Shown: piece after piece, positions 39,301 through 51,041 of the stretch | Numbering within the stretch: the stretch's first letter is position 1 | How the letters are laid out: each line of letters opens with the position of its first letter | Assembly (NCBI RefSeq): GCF_031769215.1 | Contig: NW_026782168.1 | Location: 62,001-126,000, forward strand | From: Ylistrum balloti | Taxonomy: Eukaryota | DNA length: 64,000 nt | Direction: 5' to 3' | Program-made: the position numbers and the translations under genes | Notes under the pieces: generated by a model | Seen by the model: the letters and a program-made list of their open reading frames with translations, nothing else | The model's database searches: none | What the model was told of the DNA's origin: nothing

Positions 39301-41016
39301 ATTTTGTTTTATTTGTCTAAATATTATACATATGTACCGGTGTTCATAACTGGAAAAGATTTATATAGACCTAGCTTGCTATCCAATCCCATTGTAATGA
39401 AATATACTCTTCACCACTTACCGATTTTGTGCTACTCTAATATTCCATCGTTCATTCTCTGTAGTCATCCGTGTCCACTCACGCTCCCTATCCAGCTTTC
39501 CATGTGTAAGCATTTTTACTTTCTTCAATTTATTTGTCTCCTCTATTACCTGGTTCAAATGGGATCTAAAACACATGTAAATCATGGTTCAATCTGGTTA
39601 GAAAACACTTAAATTAAGATGAGGATGCAATCTAAATAAAAAGTTTTGAAACAGGAGGCCCATGTGGCCTGTATATTTCAGTTTTTCACTTCAAAGCATT
39701 TTCATTTACAACTACATTGATACATTGTCCCCAAATTTGCTATAGCTTCATTTCTCATATTGTTCCTTGCCCACTGCAAACCAAGTCATCTTTACCCATT
39801 TGAAAAAGAAATTTGGGCAAAGCACTTTCATTGCAAGAAAACATGATGGATTTCAAAGATTTCATCTGTCTACCATAGTGGAAATGCTCTCTGCACAAAA
39901 TTGTGTTCCATTCATCAAATTATGCTTAAGATCAAACTTGAACAAAATTCTGTCATTTCTATATATCAAGAAGGAATTTTGAGAAATTTCTCATCCTGGA
40001 CCCATCCCTTATTAGTTTGTCCCTATTCCTCAATCGCCCAGTGTAGCAGGTGGTATCCGAGCAAAGAGTATCATGAACACTCTGAACCTGCACTAATGTA
40101 ACAGCATTGGCTCTATTCCTTGGTTAGTGTTCAAAACTGAAATGTGACAAATTTGACATCTATGTCCTTGAATACAGATCAAGGTCATTTCTTCATGCGA
40201 CATTTGTAAGACTTATTCCCAAGAAGGCCAGCTGTTTGCCTTGAATATCTTGAATAAAGACCTTGGTCTTTCACTTAATCATAAGTTATTAATAGTGTTG
40301 AAATAAATTTGGAACATGCTGCCTTGAATATGAATCAATGTCATTTCTTTTTGAAAACTATGTTGAACTTCACCTATATACATATCAGTTATTTGTAATT
40401 ATCGATTAATTAGCAAGCTTCCAAACCTTTTAGTTACTCAGCAGTTGACATATACGACACAGCCTAAGTCAGGGTCATTTCTCTTCGTAAACTTGGCTAA
40501 TGTCATTATTGTACAGTAAGCATTTTGGTTGATCAGAGGAAGTTGTTTTAGAGTACAATTATTTGACCCCTGCGACCTTGAATATGGGCCAAGGTTATTT
40601 CTTTGCTCTAACTTGTTGAGCGGCATAAGCTTAATTAGAGAGGATTATGGATCACAAGCTAACGTATGTGTTAGTAAAATGAATTATGATTTTTTTTCAT
40701 AATATATTTATGATATTTTTCACAATCCTTTGTAAAATGCGGAGAGCAAATGTCAAGTTAAAGTAATAATTTTATCCTATCTTTACCTGATGGCTCTCAT
40801 TTCGGTGTTGTAATTTCTATTACAATTTTTCATCAGTTCCGTTTCTTCTGCATCCCTTGGTGTTGGCTGCCTAACGACGTATATCTTACTACGGGCTTTA
40901 GGAACGTGTCTTGGTTTCCGCCATCGAACAAATGTTAATGCTGGGAAACATGTCAAGCGAGAAAGAGTTTCATATTGTGGAGAGGCAGAGGAACATACTT
41001 TTGATATCAGCGACAT
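36355..41016 (-). CDS. MRPS26: Mitochondrial small-subunit ribosomal protein mS26 (spliced gene)
   Basis: Phase-consistent exons 41016-40787, 39565-39422, 36914-36791 and 36525-36355. RWRKPRHVPKARSKIY, NYNTEMRAIR, ENERWNIRVAQNRELRQ and FITESNVDEVIDDVLD...YLFAVDLSG match recalled human RGRKTRHDPPAKSKI, HYRQTVRALR, ENRRLHELRIARLRQ and FITRENLEARVEAALD...YNWAITREG. N-terminus resembles a mitochondrial presequence. Confidence 0.9.
37440..37730 (-). mobile_element. Degenerate tRNA-derived SINE (minus strand)
   Basis: Reverse strand has an A-box-like TAGCTGAGTCGG and a CORE-like gtctttgagcaagatgcttta segment. Confidence 0.4.
37770..39010. repeat. Minisatellite with 30/31-bp monomers forming a 61-bp dimer
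   Basis: tgacatcatgtttggttatacatgatactg alternates with tgacatcatgtttaatttatacagggcacaa; homogeneous core about 38085-38790 with diverged flanks; lies in MRPS26 intron 2. Confidence 0.9.
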
Positions 41017-41085
41017 GACTTGCGCTCGTATTTAGTTTACAGCGAATGCAAGCCTGAAGCGCGTTACACACCTAGATGAGTTCCG
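41017..41085. promoter_or_regulatory. Probable bidirectional/overlapping promoter region of MRPS26 and PLPBP
   Basis: MRPS26 ATG at 41016 (-) and a plus-strand donor ccg|gtgagg at 41085 upstream of the PLPBP acceptor at 41532; locally CpG-rich. Confidence 0.45.
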
Positions 41086-41547
41086 GTGAGGCTAAAAACA
41101 AGAGTATTCATTAAAAGTCACAGAATAGCTTTCAGCACAAATTCATTCCGATCTCACAGTTATTGTTGCCTTTCATTTCACTCCTTTAGTACATCGTATG
41201 GTATAGTGATAAGCCTGACAGTCGATTGGAGAGGGGGATGGGGGGCGAGAAAATGGTAAAAAAAATGGCTTAATTAGAGACAACTAAATTACATAATATA
41301 TCTAGCTTCTCTCATTTCATAGCCCACTAGATATTAGTGGAAATCTACGAGATGACGGGGGAGAAACAATTAGCCGGAAGCAATATTGATGAATCACTTG
41401 TCCATATTTCATATTTTAACAAATTTATAATTACGACTGCGATGAGATGTGAAACGTTGAAACGACAATGATTTGAAGCGTCACAATGACTATGACTACT
41501 GGAAAAACGGGATAATGTCAAAAATCTTCCAGCTACAGTTGACTAGA

Positions 41548-44500
41548 ATGGCATCATCACAGCAACCGCAGATTTCAACAATATCAACAGCTTTAAAGTC
41601 GGTTCTATGTAAGATTGAGACAGCCACATCGAAAAGACCCGAGGTAATCACGCAACACTGCTCAAGATGTTATACAATTATATAAGGTGTTGTCTTGGGA
41701 GGGGGAAAGGTGGGGCAAGTGGTAAGTTTATAACTGCCGGTGTCTGCCGACAGCTACTGTCTAAATTTACAGGAACAATATATGAATTTCTAGGCAATTA
41801 ATAGATACCTCGCCAGTAATACAGTGCCTGATATCGAACTTCCATATAGTTTGGAAGCTGACGCTTACATAATTTTCTGTGACGAATAACGTGATATTTT
41901 ATTGCTTTCAAGAACGATGTATGCGTCTGTGTATCTTTAAGGAGTTATCGTCTCAGTAATATCAAGACTATCAAGGAATTTGGGAAGTTATGTAATCTAG
42001 CAAACCATTCCAAGTTCAGATTGCCATTACTTACAACACAAGAACTTTTTTCGTAACTGATAGACTAGCATCATCAGGAATATACAATTGTGTGTGTGTG
42101 CCAACAGTTGAGAGATTTGACTCTTCCATTGCCAAGCACGGCTAATAAACACATTGTTCTCTCTACCTCCTGATGCACAAAAACCAGCATTGGTATCTAT
42201 GACATAGATACAGACAATCACTAGGATCACTTTCATTGTACCATTGCTAGATCTATTGCAGTTAAGCCTGGATATATTTTACACATCTCATATATTATAC
42301 CACTGAAACTCTACTTTGAGTAATTTTAATATTGTGAGTCAGATGGCTTGTTTTCATTGTTGATTCTGAACTTCATCTCATGTAAAATGAATCTATAAAA
42401 GAAGGAGTAAAAGGAAGGTGAGTGATTCAGACCAAACCTGAAATTGTCATTTAAATATTGCTGATATGACATCCATTTATTGTATCTGCTCAGTCTCAGG
42501 ACCAGACATATTAGTTGTCATTACACTATTTTTATGTGACATCCAGTTGTTATTTATATCCAGTGTTAGGACTATAGAAATGCAGTTGAACCTTGTTATC
42601 GCGAGTGCATATGATTAAAAAAACCTGTTAAGTTTGATGTATCTCATCAGTCTCTGTCAAACATCACACTTAGTCTAAACATTGGAACTCTTTTAAGAAT
42701 TTAATCCTCTGATGTTTTAACCGGAGATAAGACACAATTCAAGATAAATTAATTTGATCACAGTATCTTGGACTTTAGTGTTTTTATATGCATTGTCATC
42801 TATGGTTGTACTTAAAAGTTGAAATCAGACGTTATGTGACATAGTAGACAGCGTTAGTAGTTCCAACAATTTCTACATATTCTGGTCACTTAAGTTCTTC
42901 TCTTGAGTATAACTCTGGAAACCTTTGAGTGATTTCATGATGTAGTCATGTGCCTATTCACTTTTTTTGGATTAAAGACTCAGTATTTCACAAATTTGTT
43001 AACCCTCATGCAATATATCAATTAGATTCTGTTGTTTTTCGTGCAAAATGCCTGGCAATATATATGAAGTCTTCGCAATCCAGTTGACACTTTTATTTTC
43101 TTGTTTATTATTTTTTTTACACCATTGAAGATTAGTTTAACTCTTACTCACAGTCATTGCCTGCTGTCCAACCTAGACTTGTGGCTGTCACCAAAACAAA
43201 GCCAGCAGAATCTATCATAACTGCATATGAGTGTGGTCAGCGATACTTTGGAGAAAATTATGTAAGTTATAATTATTCAATATACCACATTGTAAATGTG
43301 GACTACATGAATGTGGATCATTGTACGTTGGAGTTTATTTTGTAAGTTATCGATTGCATCTATGTTGAATTTGAATGGTACTTATTTAGCACCATATTTC
43401 AATGTTTGTTACAGGTAACAGAATTGGTAGAAAAGGGACAAAATCCTGATGTAAGTAATGGGTACATGTATACATTGAATTGTACATAAAATATTCAATA
43501 ATTAGTTCACATTTTTTTTTATTAAGATACAAAGAAAGTCTATTCAGACTTCACTTTTAATTTGAAATTGAATGAAAAAATAAACTAAAAATTGAAAGAA
43601 TTTATCATGGTATATTTACTATTTACTTTAAAAAATCAAGATGGCAGATAGCTAGGTAAAGTTTTGTTACATTTTCATCATACCTGTTATATTTGATGAC
43701 AGAGAGAAATAAAGAAAAAAATCACATGAATAGAAATGACAATTTAATTCTAAGGTGTTGCTGTTGTTTTTATTTTTACTTTCCCTTTCAGCTGTTAAAG
43801 CTTTCAGACATTAAATGGCATTTCATTGGACATCTTCAAAGAAATAAAGTTGGAAAACTGCTGTGTGAGTATTGCTGATGTGATTAGTACACCATTATCA
43901 GATAATGGGCTTTTCAAGTAATCTCATGTCCATCGTCCATCCTTAAATATTCCTTGTTGTTATGGGTTCTAAAGAAGTCCTGGATTGATCTGAAATAGGA
44001 TTTGTAGGATCCCCTTGATCCTTAGTTCGAATGTCCTTATGACCCATATTCAGTTTTGATAGGAAAAGCAATATTTCCTACAAGTGGCCAAGTTGGATTT
44101 TGATATAATTGTTTTCAAATTATCGCTCTTTCTCTCAGAGAATTTCAAGTGTTCTTAACTTTCATATGTAGGTTCTTCTCATTCCTTAGTTATGTGTGAT
44201 TAATTCTTCTGATTTCTTAGTTACGTGTGATTAATTTTGTGAGTGATTAAAAAAATCAAGATAACTAATAAATGGTTGTCTGTAGAGCGATATTTAAAAC
44301 TATCAAGATGAATGGGAGGAAAATATTCCTTACAACATCATGTATAAATTTTCCCTCTGAAGTATTTTCACATGATGGATCTGCCTGTCAGTATAGCCCA
44401 TAATAAAGAGAAGAAAAGGGACGAGATCAAACTAATATAGAACCTATAAAAGTCCTAACAGCTAGAGCTAAGATCCTTAACAGACCTTTTAGACATTATT

Positions 44501-47500
44501 AGAGATGTCAGGAATTTTTGTAAACAGCCTAGATCTGCTTACCATGAATAGAGACGTGTTTATGTAACATCCTTTGTTAAGTGTTACTAAATACTAAGTT
44601 TCAAGTTCCTCCATAAACATTGAAAAAAGCAGGGATTTAGCTCTGTTTAAGTAATAAATAAATATATCAGGGATACACCTAATACCTCTTCCCCACTCCA
44701 ATCCCATCTGTACTTAATCATAACTTCTCCTTAATCCCACTTCCCCCACTCCTTCCTAGAGTTGAGGGGATGCAGTTGCTGAGTGGTTAAGGCATCTGAC
44801 CATCTTTATTACTAGCCCTCCATCTCTTGGTCACAGCTATGAGGCCTATATGGACAGTCATCAGGTACTTGCCACAGGTCATTAGGTTTCTGGGGGGAAA
44901 TCCAGCTTTCCTCCACCCTCCATACCAGCATGTCCTTAGCTGAAAATATAAATGTAAATAGTAAGTAAAGCAACAATAACCCATACCCCAAACCCTTCAC
45001 TTCATCCCTTCCTCTCCCTGAACCCACCTACATTTAACTCTACTTAATCCCAATTCCACCTTCATCTCTCACCTTCCTAAACCCAATCCCACCTTTACTT
45101 CACCTGTACCTCTCTTTAATATCACCTCTGCCTCATCTCTTCTTTACCCGAATTCCAGCCCCAATTGACCCCTCCCTCACTGTATTCCCTCGTCCACTTC
45201 ACTACACTTACCCCAGTTTATTCTCTACTTCACCCTTTCCTTTCCCCACTTCTCCCTCCACATCACTCTAATCCCTCCTTCACCTCACCCCTACTTCTCC
45301 TCACTCAGTCTTGCCTCCCAATCTCACTCCATTTGATCATCCCCTGTTTGCCTACATCCCTCCACCACTTCACCTCCTAACCCACTGCAATCTGATCTAC
45401 ACTTCACTCGTACTCACACAACCCACATTCATTTATGGATTTACCTATCACTGATTCTCATTTCTTCATCCAGCTGTTCCCAACTTGCACACGATAGAGA
45501 CAGTGGACTCAACAAAGCTTGCAGAATCTCTGGATAATGGATGGAAAAGACTGGGGAAAGCAGACCCTCTTAAGATAATGATACAAGTCAACACCAGCAA
45601 TGAAGAAAGTAAGAAAACAATAATCAAGAGATACTTAAAGTACAGGAACTGAAGTACAGAAACTAGGCACTGATCAATATTGTCTCCCACACATGATATT
45701 TGCATTCCCATTAATGCTAGTAAATAACAATAGAATATTTCACTCCCCTGGGGGTAAGATAGGGTGATCTCAACTTGAGGAAAGCTCCTTAAGTTGGCAA
45801 ATGCAAGACTTGTGATCATATGTTTCTTGCCATTTCAGGCTTCTATATTTGTAATGTTGTTGATTTCTCATTCTTATCATTGTTGACAAGACATCATACG
45901 TTGCTCTGACATGTGGATCCCCTGTCTCCTCCTAGGGTATAGGGTGGATACATTTGTCCAGTGTAAGAAAAAAAATGTTTTCCTTTCCCTCAGGAAAAGA
46001 CATCTTCCTTTTTGCATCTTTAAATTGTCTTCAATATTTATTTCCACTTTATTGAAATCTTATCAATTCCTTACATTTGGGTTTCAACTATCAAGGTCTC
46101 ATCAGGATACAAATGTATTTATCAGATAAAGCTGGCTGTCCTCCGGACCAAGTCGTGGATATTTACAAATTTGTGCAAGAGACATGCATCAATTTGGAAG
46201 TGACCGGACTGATGACCATCGGTTCATTCAATCATGACTTATCAACAGGACCGAACCCAGACTTCCAGGTTATACTTTATTTATATTTCATAATAAGCCT
46301 GTAGGCCATCAACATATCCCTGCCTCAGAGTCAGATGGCAAGCTTATTACAGGACATTGAATTAATAAATGTTGAAAGTGCTTCTGAATGGTGATGAATC
46401 TGGTTGGTCTTACAACATGGTATGGGCTTATTACTAGACATGGCCTTAATATCATGCATTGGCTTATTATCAGGCATGGACTTGTTACTAGACATGGGCC
46501 TATTACCAGATATTGACTTATTGCAGGATAAATGCTTCACATCAATTTACATTCTCTGAATAAGTGTCAAAGTCACAGTAACAGAGTTAAGAGGCGGAGG
46601 GGGTAGATTTGCTAATGATGGGATGATAATAGGATATATGATGAATTATCTAGCCCTGTAACTTCATCTGATGTGATGATCAATTGTAATTTTTCATAAT
46701 CTGTATCATTGATGCCTTATTTTTTGTTGTGCTCTAGCAGAAACAAAATTTAGTTCCCAATTGCCAGTAATATTCATTCCTTTGTTAATTCTTGGTAAGT
46801 GAAATATTTCACAGTGAATTTACAAAAAAAAAAAAAATGCTAACACAGAGAATGCATTCACATTCTTTGAATATAGAACATACAGTCAGTCAATTACATA
46901 ATCATACATTGAAAAGCATATGTGATTTTAACCAACAATTGATGATGGATTGTAAGCAATTTCCCATCACTTCTAGTTATTGTTTTATGATATAAATTTT
47001 AGTAGTTGTACTAAAATCACCAGGCTGATGTATGTAAAGATAGATATGCATGTAACTGTATGTGGGGTAGCTTTCATGGCAGATTAACTTTCACTCATTT
47101 TACCTCTCTGTCAAAACGTCTCCAACGCTGGGCTTCCCAACCCAGGGCTCTCCAACCTAGATATCTCCAACCAAGGGTTCCCCAACCTAGGGCTCTCCAA
47201 CCTAGATATCTCCAACCAAGGGTTCCCCAACCTAGGGCTCTCCAACCTAGATATCTCCAACCAAGGGTTCCCCAACCTAGGGCTCTCCAACCTAGATATC
47301 TCCAACCAAGGGTTCCCCAACCTAGGGCTCTCCAACCTAGATATCTCCAACCAAGGGTTCCCCAACCTAGGGCTCTCCAACCTAGATATCTCCAACCAAG
47401 GGTTCCCCAACCCAGGGCTCTCCAACCTAGATATCTCCAACCAAGGGTTCCCCAACCTAGATATCTCCAACCAAGGGTTCCCCAACCTAGGGCTCTCCAA

Positions 47501-48716
47501 CCTAGATATCTCCAACCAAGGGTTCCCCAACCTAGGGCTCTCCAACCTAGATATCTCCAACCAAGGGTTCCCCAACCTAGGGCTCTCCAACCTAGATATC
47601 TCCAACCAAGGGTTCCCCAACCTAGGGCTCTCCAACCTAGATATCTCCAACCAAGGGTTCCCCAACCTAGGGCTCTCCAACCTAGATATCTCCATCCACA
47701 GCTTAGAGTTCTCCGGCCCAGGACTCCCTAACCCATGGCTGTACCACCAAGGACTACCCAACCCAGGGCTCTCCAACTCAGGACTCCCCAGGCATGGACT
47801 GTCCAATGAAGGGTTCCCACCATAGGGATTTTCAACTAAGGGTTCTCCAACCCAAAACTTCCCAACTCAAGGCTCTCCAACCCAGGGTAGTTCCTAACAA
47901 AGTTCTTCCTGGGGGAATGAAATGTTTCGGTTCATTTGAAAAAGGACAATAACATTAGTCTGTTCAAGTGAAATTTGCTATCAAGGGAAAGTAGCAAGCT
48001 TTTTACTGCGAAGAAGAAAATCTTCATGCTTTTTTCCCCCAGGTTTCTTTTTGAAAAATGTGCTTACAAGTAGCTGTACATTTATCTCTTCATATTAATG
48101 AAATCTGTTGTTTTTTCCTTTTCAAACAGTCATTGTTTCAATGTCGAGAAGATTTATGTAAACAGCTGGGAATGAATGTCGGTCAACTAGAGCTGAGTAT
48201 GGGCATGTCTGCTGACTTTGAACATGCTGTAAGTTGTTATATCTCGACATTTTCATGCCTTTAATATTTTATACTCAATATAAGTTTTTCTTAAAGACTC
48301 TCTTGCAGACATCTTATGAATAATGAAAATAGAATTGTCTGAATTAAAGATTAAAAAAGTGACATGGCTTTTTATTGAATGTTTTACCCTAACAAATCCC
48401 TGAAGTTAAGTTTGAAGTACTAGCATTTACAAAAAAACACATTGTAAGATGATAGAGCCTATTTTTTGCCTGCTTTACATCACTTTACAGATAACAATAA
48501 TTACTTCACATAATAAGTTAAATATATAAATACAATTCTTTTTAGATTGAATTGGGCAGCACTAATGTACGTGTTGGCAGTACGATATTTGGATCAAGAG
48601 AAGTAAAAAAAAAGGCGACGACAACCAAAACTGAAAACAGTGCAGATTCCACTGAGTCTGGCTCCATTGTCAACATGTCTAATGGTATGGCAGGTCTGGC
48701 TGTTGGGGAAAGTTGA
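41548..48716 (+). CDS. PLPBP: Pyridoxal phosphate homeostasis protein (YggS/PROSC family; spliced gene)
   Basis: Phase-consistent exons 41548-41643, 43154-43261, 43415-43450, 43792-43864, 45474-45608, 46126-46268, 48130-48228, 48546-48716. Family motifs [11 protein letters not shown] (PLP lysine), [40 protein letters not shown] and [11 protein letters not shown]. Confidence 0.96.
44767..44960 (+). mobile_element. Degenerate tRNA-derived SINE
   Basis: A-box-like GTTGCTGAGTGG head, core ggtttctggggggaaatccagctttcctccac and 3' catgtcctta similar to the copy at 22360; inserted in a C/T-rich tract. Confidence 0.55.
47135..47700. repeat. 45-bp minisatellite of three 15-bp monomers (PLPBP intron)
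   Basis: ccaacctagggctct-ccaacctagatatct-ccaaccaagggttcc, about 12 copies; explains ORFs 47060-47731 and 47111-47806. Confidence 0.95.
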
Positions 48717-48796
48717 TAACTGTGGGGGTTAAAGCAAGAGGACATACAGAAACATTAAATATTGAAGGAAATTATATTACCAATACAATTTGTTTG

Positions 48797-49770
48797 TTAC
48801 ATCTGTAAAGCAGGACAAAGACAGAAGGAAATAACTTTACAAATAGTGGTCACATCTGTAAAGCAGGACAAAGACAGAAGGAAATAACTTTACCAATAGT
48901 GGTCACATCTGTAAAGCAGGACAAAGACAGAAGGAAATAACTTAACAAATAGTGGTTACATCTGTAAAGCAGGACAAAGACAGAAGGAAACAACATTACA
49001 AATAGTGGTCACATCAGTAAAGCATTACAAAGACAGAAGGAAATAACTTTACAAATAGTGGTCACATCTGTAAAGCAGGACAAAGACAGAAGGAAATAAC
49101 TTTACAAATAGTGGTCACATCTGTAAAGCAGGACAAAGACAGAAGGAAACAACTTTACAAATAGTGGTTACATCTGTAAAGCAGGACAAAGACAGAAGGA
49201 AACAACATTACAAATAGTGGTCACATCAGTAAAGCATTACAAAGACAGAAGGAAACAACTTTACAAATAGTGGTCACATCTGTAAAGCAGGACAAAGACA
49301 GAAGGAAATAACTTTACAAATAGTGGTCACATCTGTAAAGCAGGACAAAGACAGAAGGAAATAACTTTACAAATAGTGGTTACATCTGTAAAGCAGGACA
49401 AAGACAGAAGGAAACAACATTACAAATAGTGGTCACATCAGTAAAGCATTACAAAGACAGAAGGAAATAACTTTACAAATAGTGGTCACAATTGTAAAGC
49501 AGGACAAAGACAGAAGGAAATAACTTTACAAATAGTGGTCACATCTGTAAAGCAGGACAAAGACAGAAGAAAATAACTTTACAAATAGTGGTCACATCTG
49601 TAAAGCATTACAAAGACAGAAGGAAACAACATTACAAATAGTGGTCACATCAGTAAAGCATTACAAAGACAGAAGGAAATAACTTTACAAATAGTGGTTA
49701 CATCTGTAAAGCAGGACAAAGACAGAAGGAAACAACATTATAAATAGTGGTCACATCTGTAAAGCAGGAG
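48797..49770. repeat. 53-bp satellite with a 212-bp (4-mer) higher-order period
   Basis: Unit cacatctgtaaagcaggacaaagacagaaggaaataactttacaaatagtggt, about 18 copies; the variant cacatcagtaaagcattac recurs at 49010, 49222, 49434 and 49646. Confidence 0.95.
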
Positions 49771-51041
49771 GAATTTAGAATGTACTTTTATAGTTGTTTT
49801 GAAATCAAAGAGGTTTAAATACATGTAGTTCCAAGACTTCATTACTTTTTCACAAATAAATTTTAGTTATGACTAAAAATAAAACAACATTTTAGTCATC
49901 AGTAGAGGTAATTATTGCTGCACTTGTAATTCTATATGAACACTTCCAACATGTACCAAGGGTCATTACTGACAGGCAATAAGGATGTTTTTCTGATAAT
50001 GTAATGTGTAGAAACTTTGGTGAGGGATTTGACAGAGATTGTGTCCACCATGGTTGGTTAGCTGGTGACCATTTTTCCGTATCTGATCCATATACCTATG
50101 TATCTTTCTATGTCTATGTGTTGACTCATCCATGAATATCGGTGTTCTGGTGACATTCACCATTGTTCCCAAGATGAACCTTGATATCAACATAAAGTGG
50201 TTTTGCTATGCATTGATTTTTGTTTTGAATCAGAACTGATTGACACATGAAATCCTTTTTCTGAATATCATGATGATGCTGCTGCCCAAGTTCAATGTTT
50301 TTTTTTTTTTTTTTTTCGGTGGATTGGGGGGGGGGAGGGGGGGAGGGGAATGCTTTTTACAACTTTCTGTTATCTGACTGATTTATTAGTAAACATAATG
50401 ATCAATTGTTGAGGAAATATACCCTGCCATTTGTAAGTTGTATCCTTCAGAGAATAAAAGGATATTTATATTATTGTTTTATGTTACATAATTTACCATG
50501 TTTATGTTGGAAAGTTGAAGTATATCAATAAATATGAATGTTTAAATCAAGACAACTTGAATATTGTTTTGTATTGTTTATGATAAGGAATTGATCATTT
50601 TTTAATTCCTTATTTTGATTTTCTTACTTATCTTTATGGCAAAACTGTTAGGTTATTATTAATTCACTAACATCTCCTGACTATTGTACAACATATATTT
50701 TATGGGAATATTTGTTAACTCTGGATTCAGATTTACATCAATTTGTATACAGCTGAACAAGAGAGACTTTTTTGTTTTTAGTTTTTTTGACTGACCAGAT
50801 ATTATGTACTGGTCGATTTCATTTACAATCTCTGTCCATAGCAGTCGCTTAAGGAATGACAACTCTGGTAGGTACATTTACACTGGATGTATTCGTCATC
50901 GAACGCTCCCGAAACTCAAGCTTCTGAAAGATGAAGATTTTACAGCATGTCCAACTTCTGCGAAAGAGAGTAATTGAAAGTGTTGATAAAATTGTGTATT
51001 TGTCTTCGTCATCGAACAAATCTACGATATACCGTCAAAAT

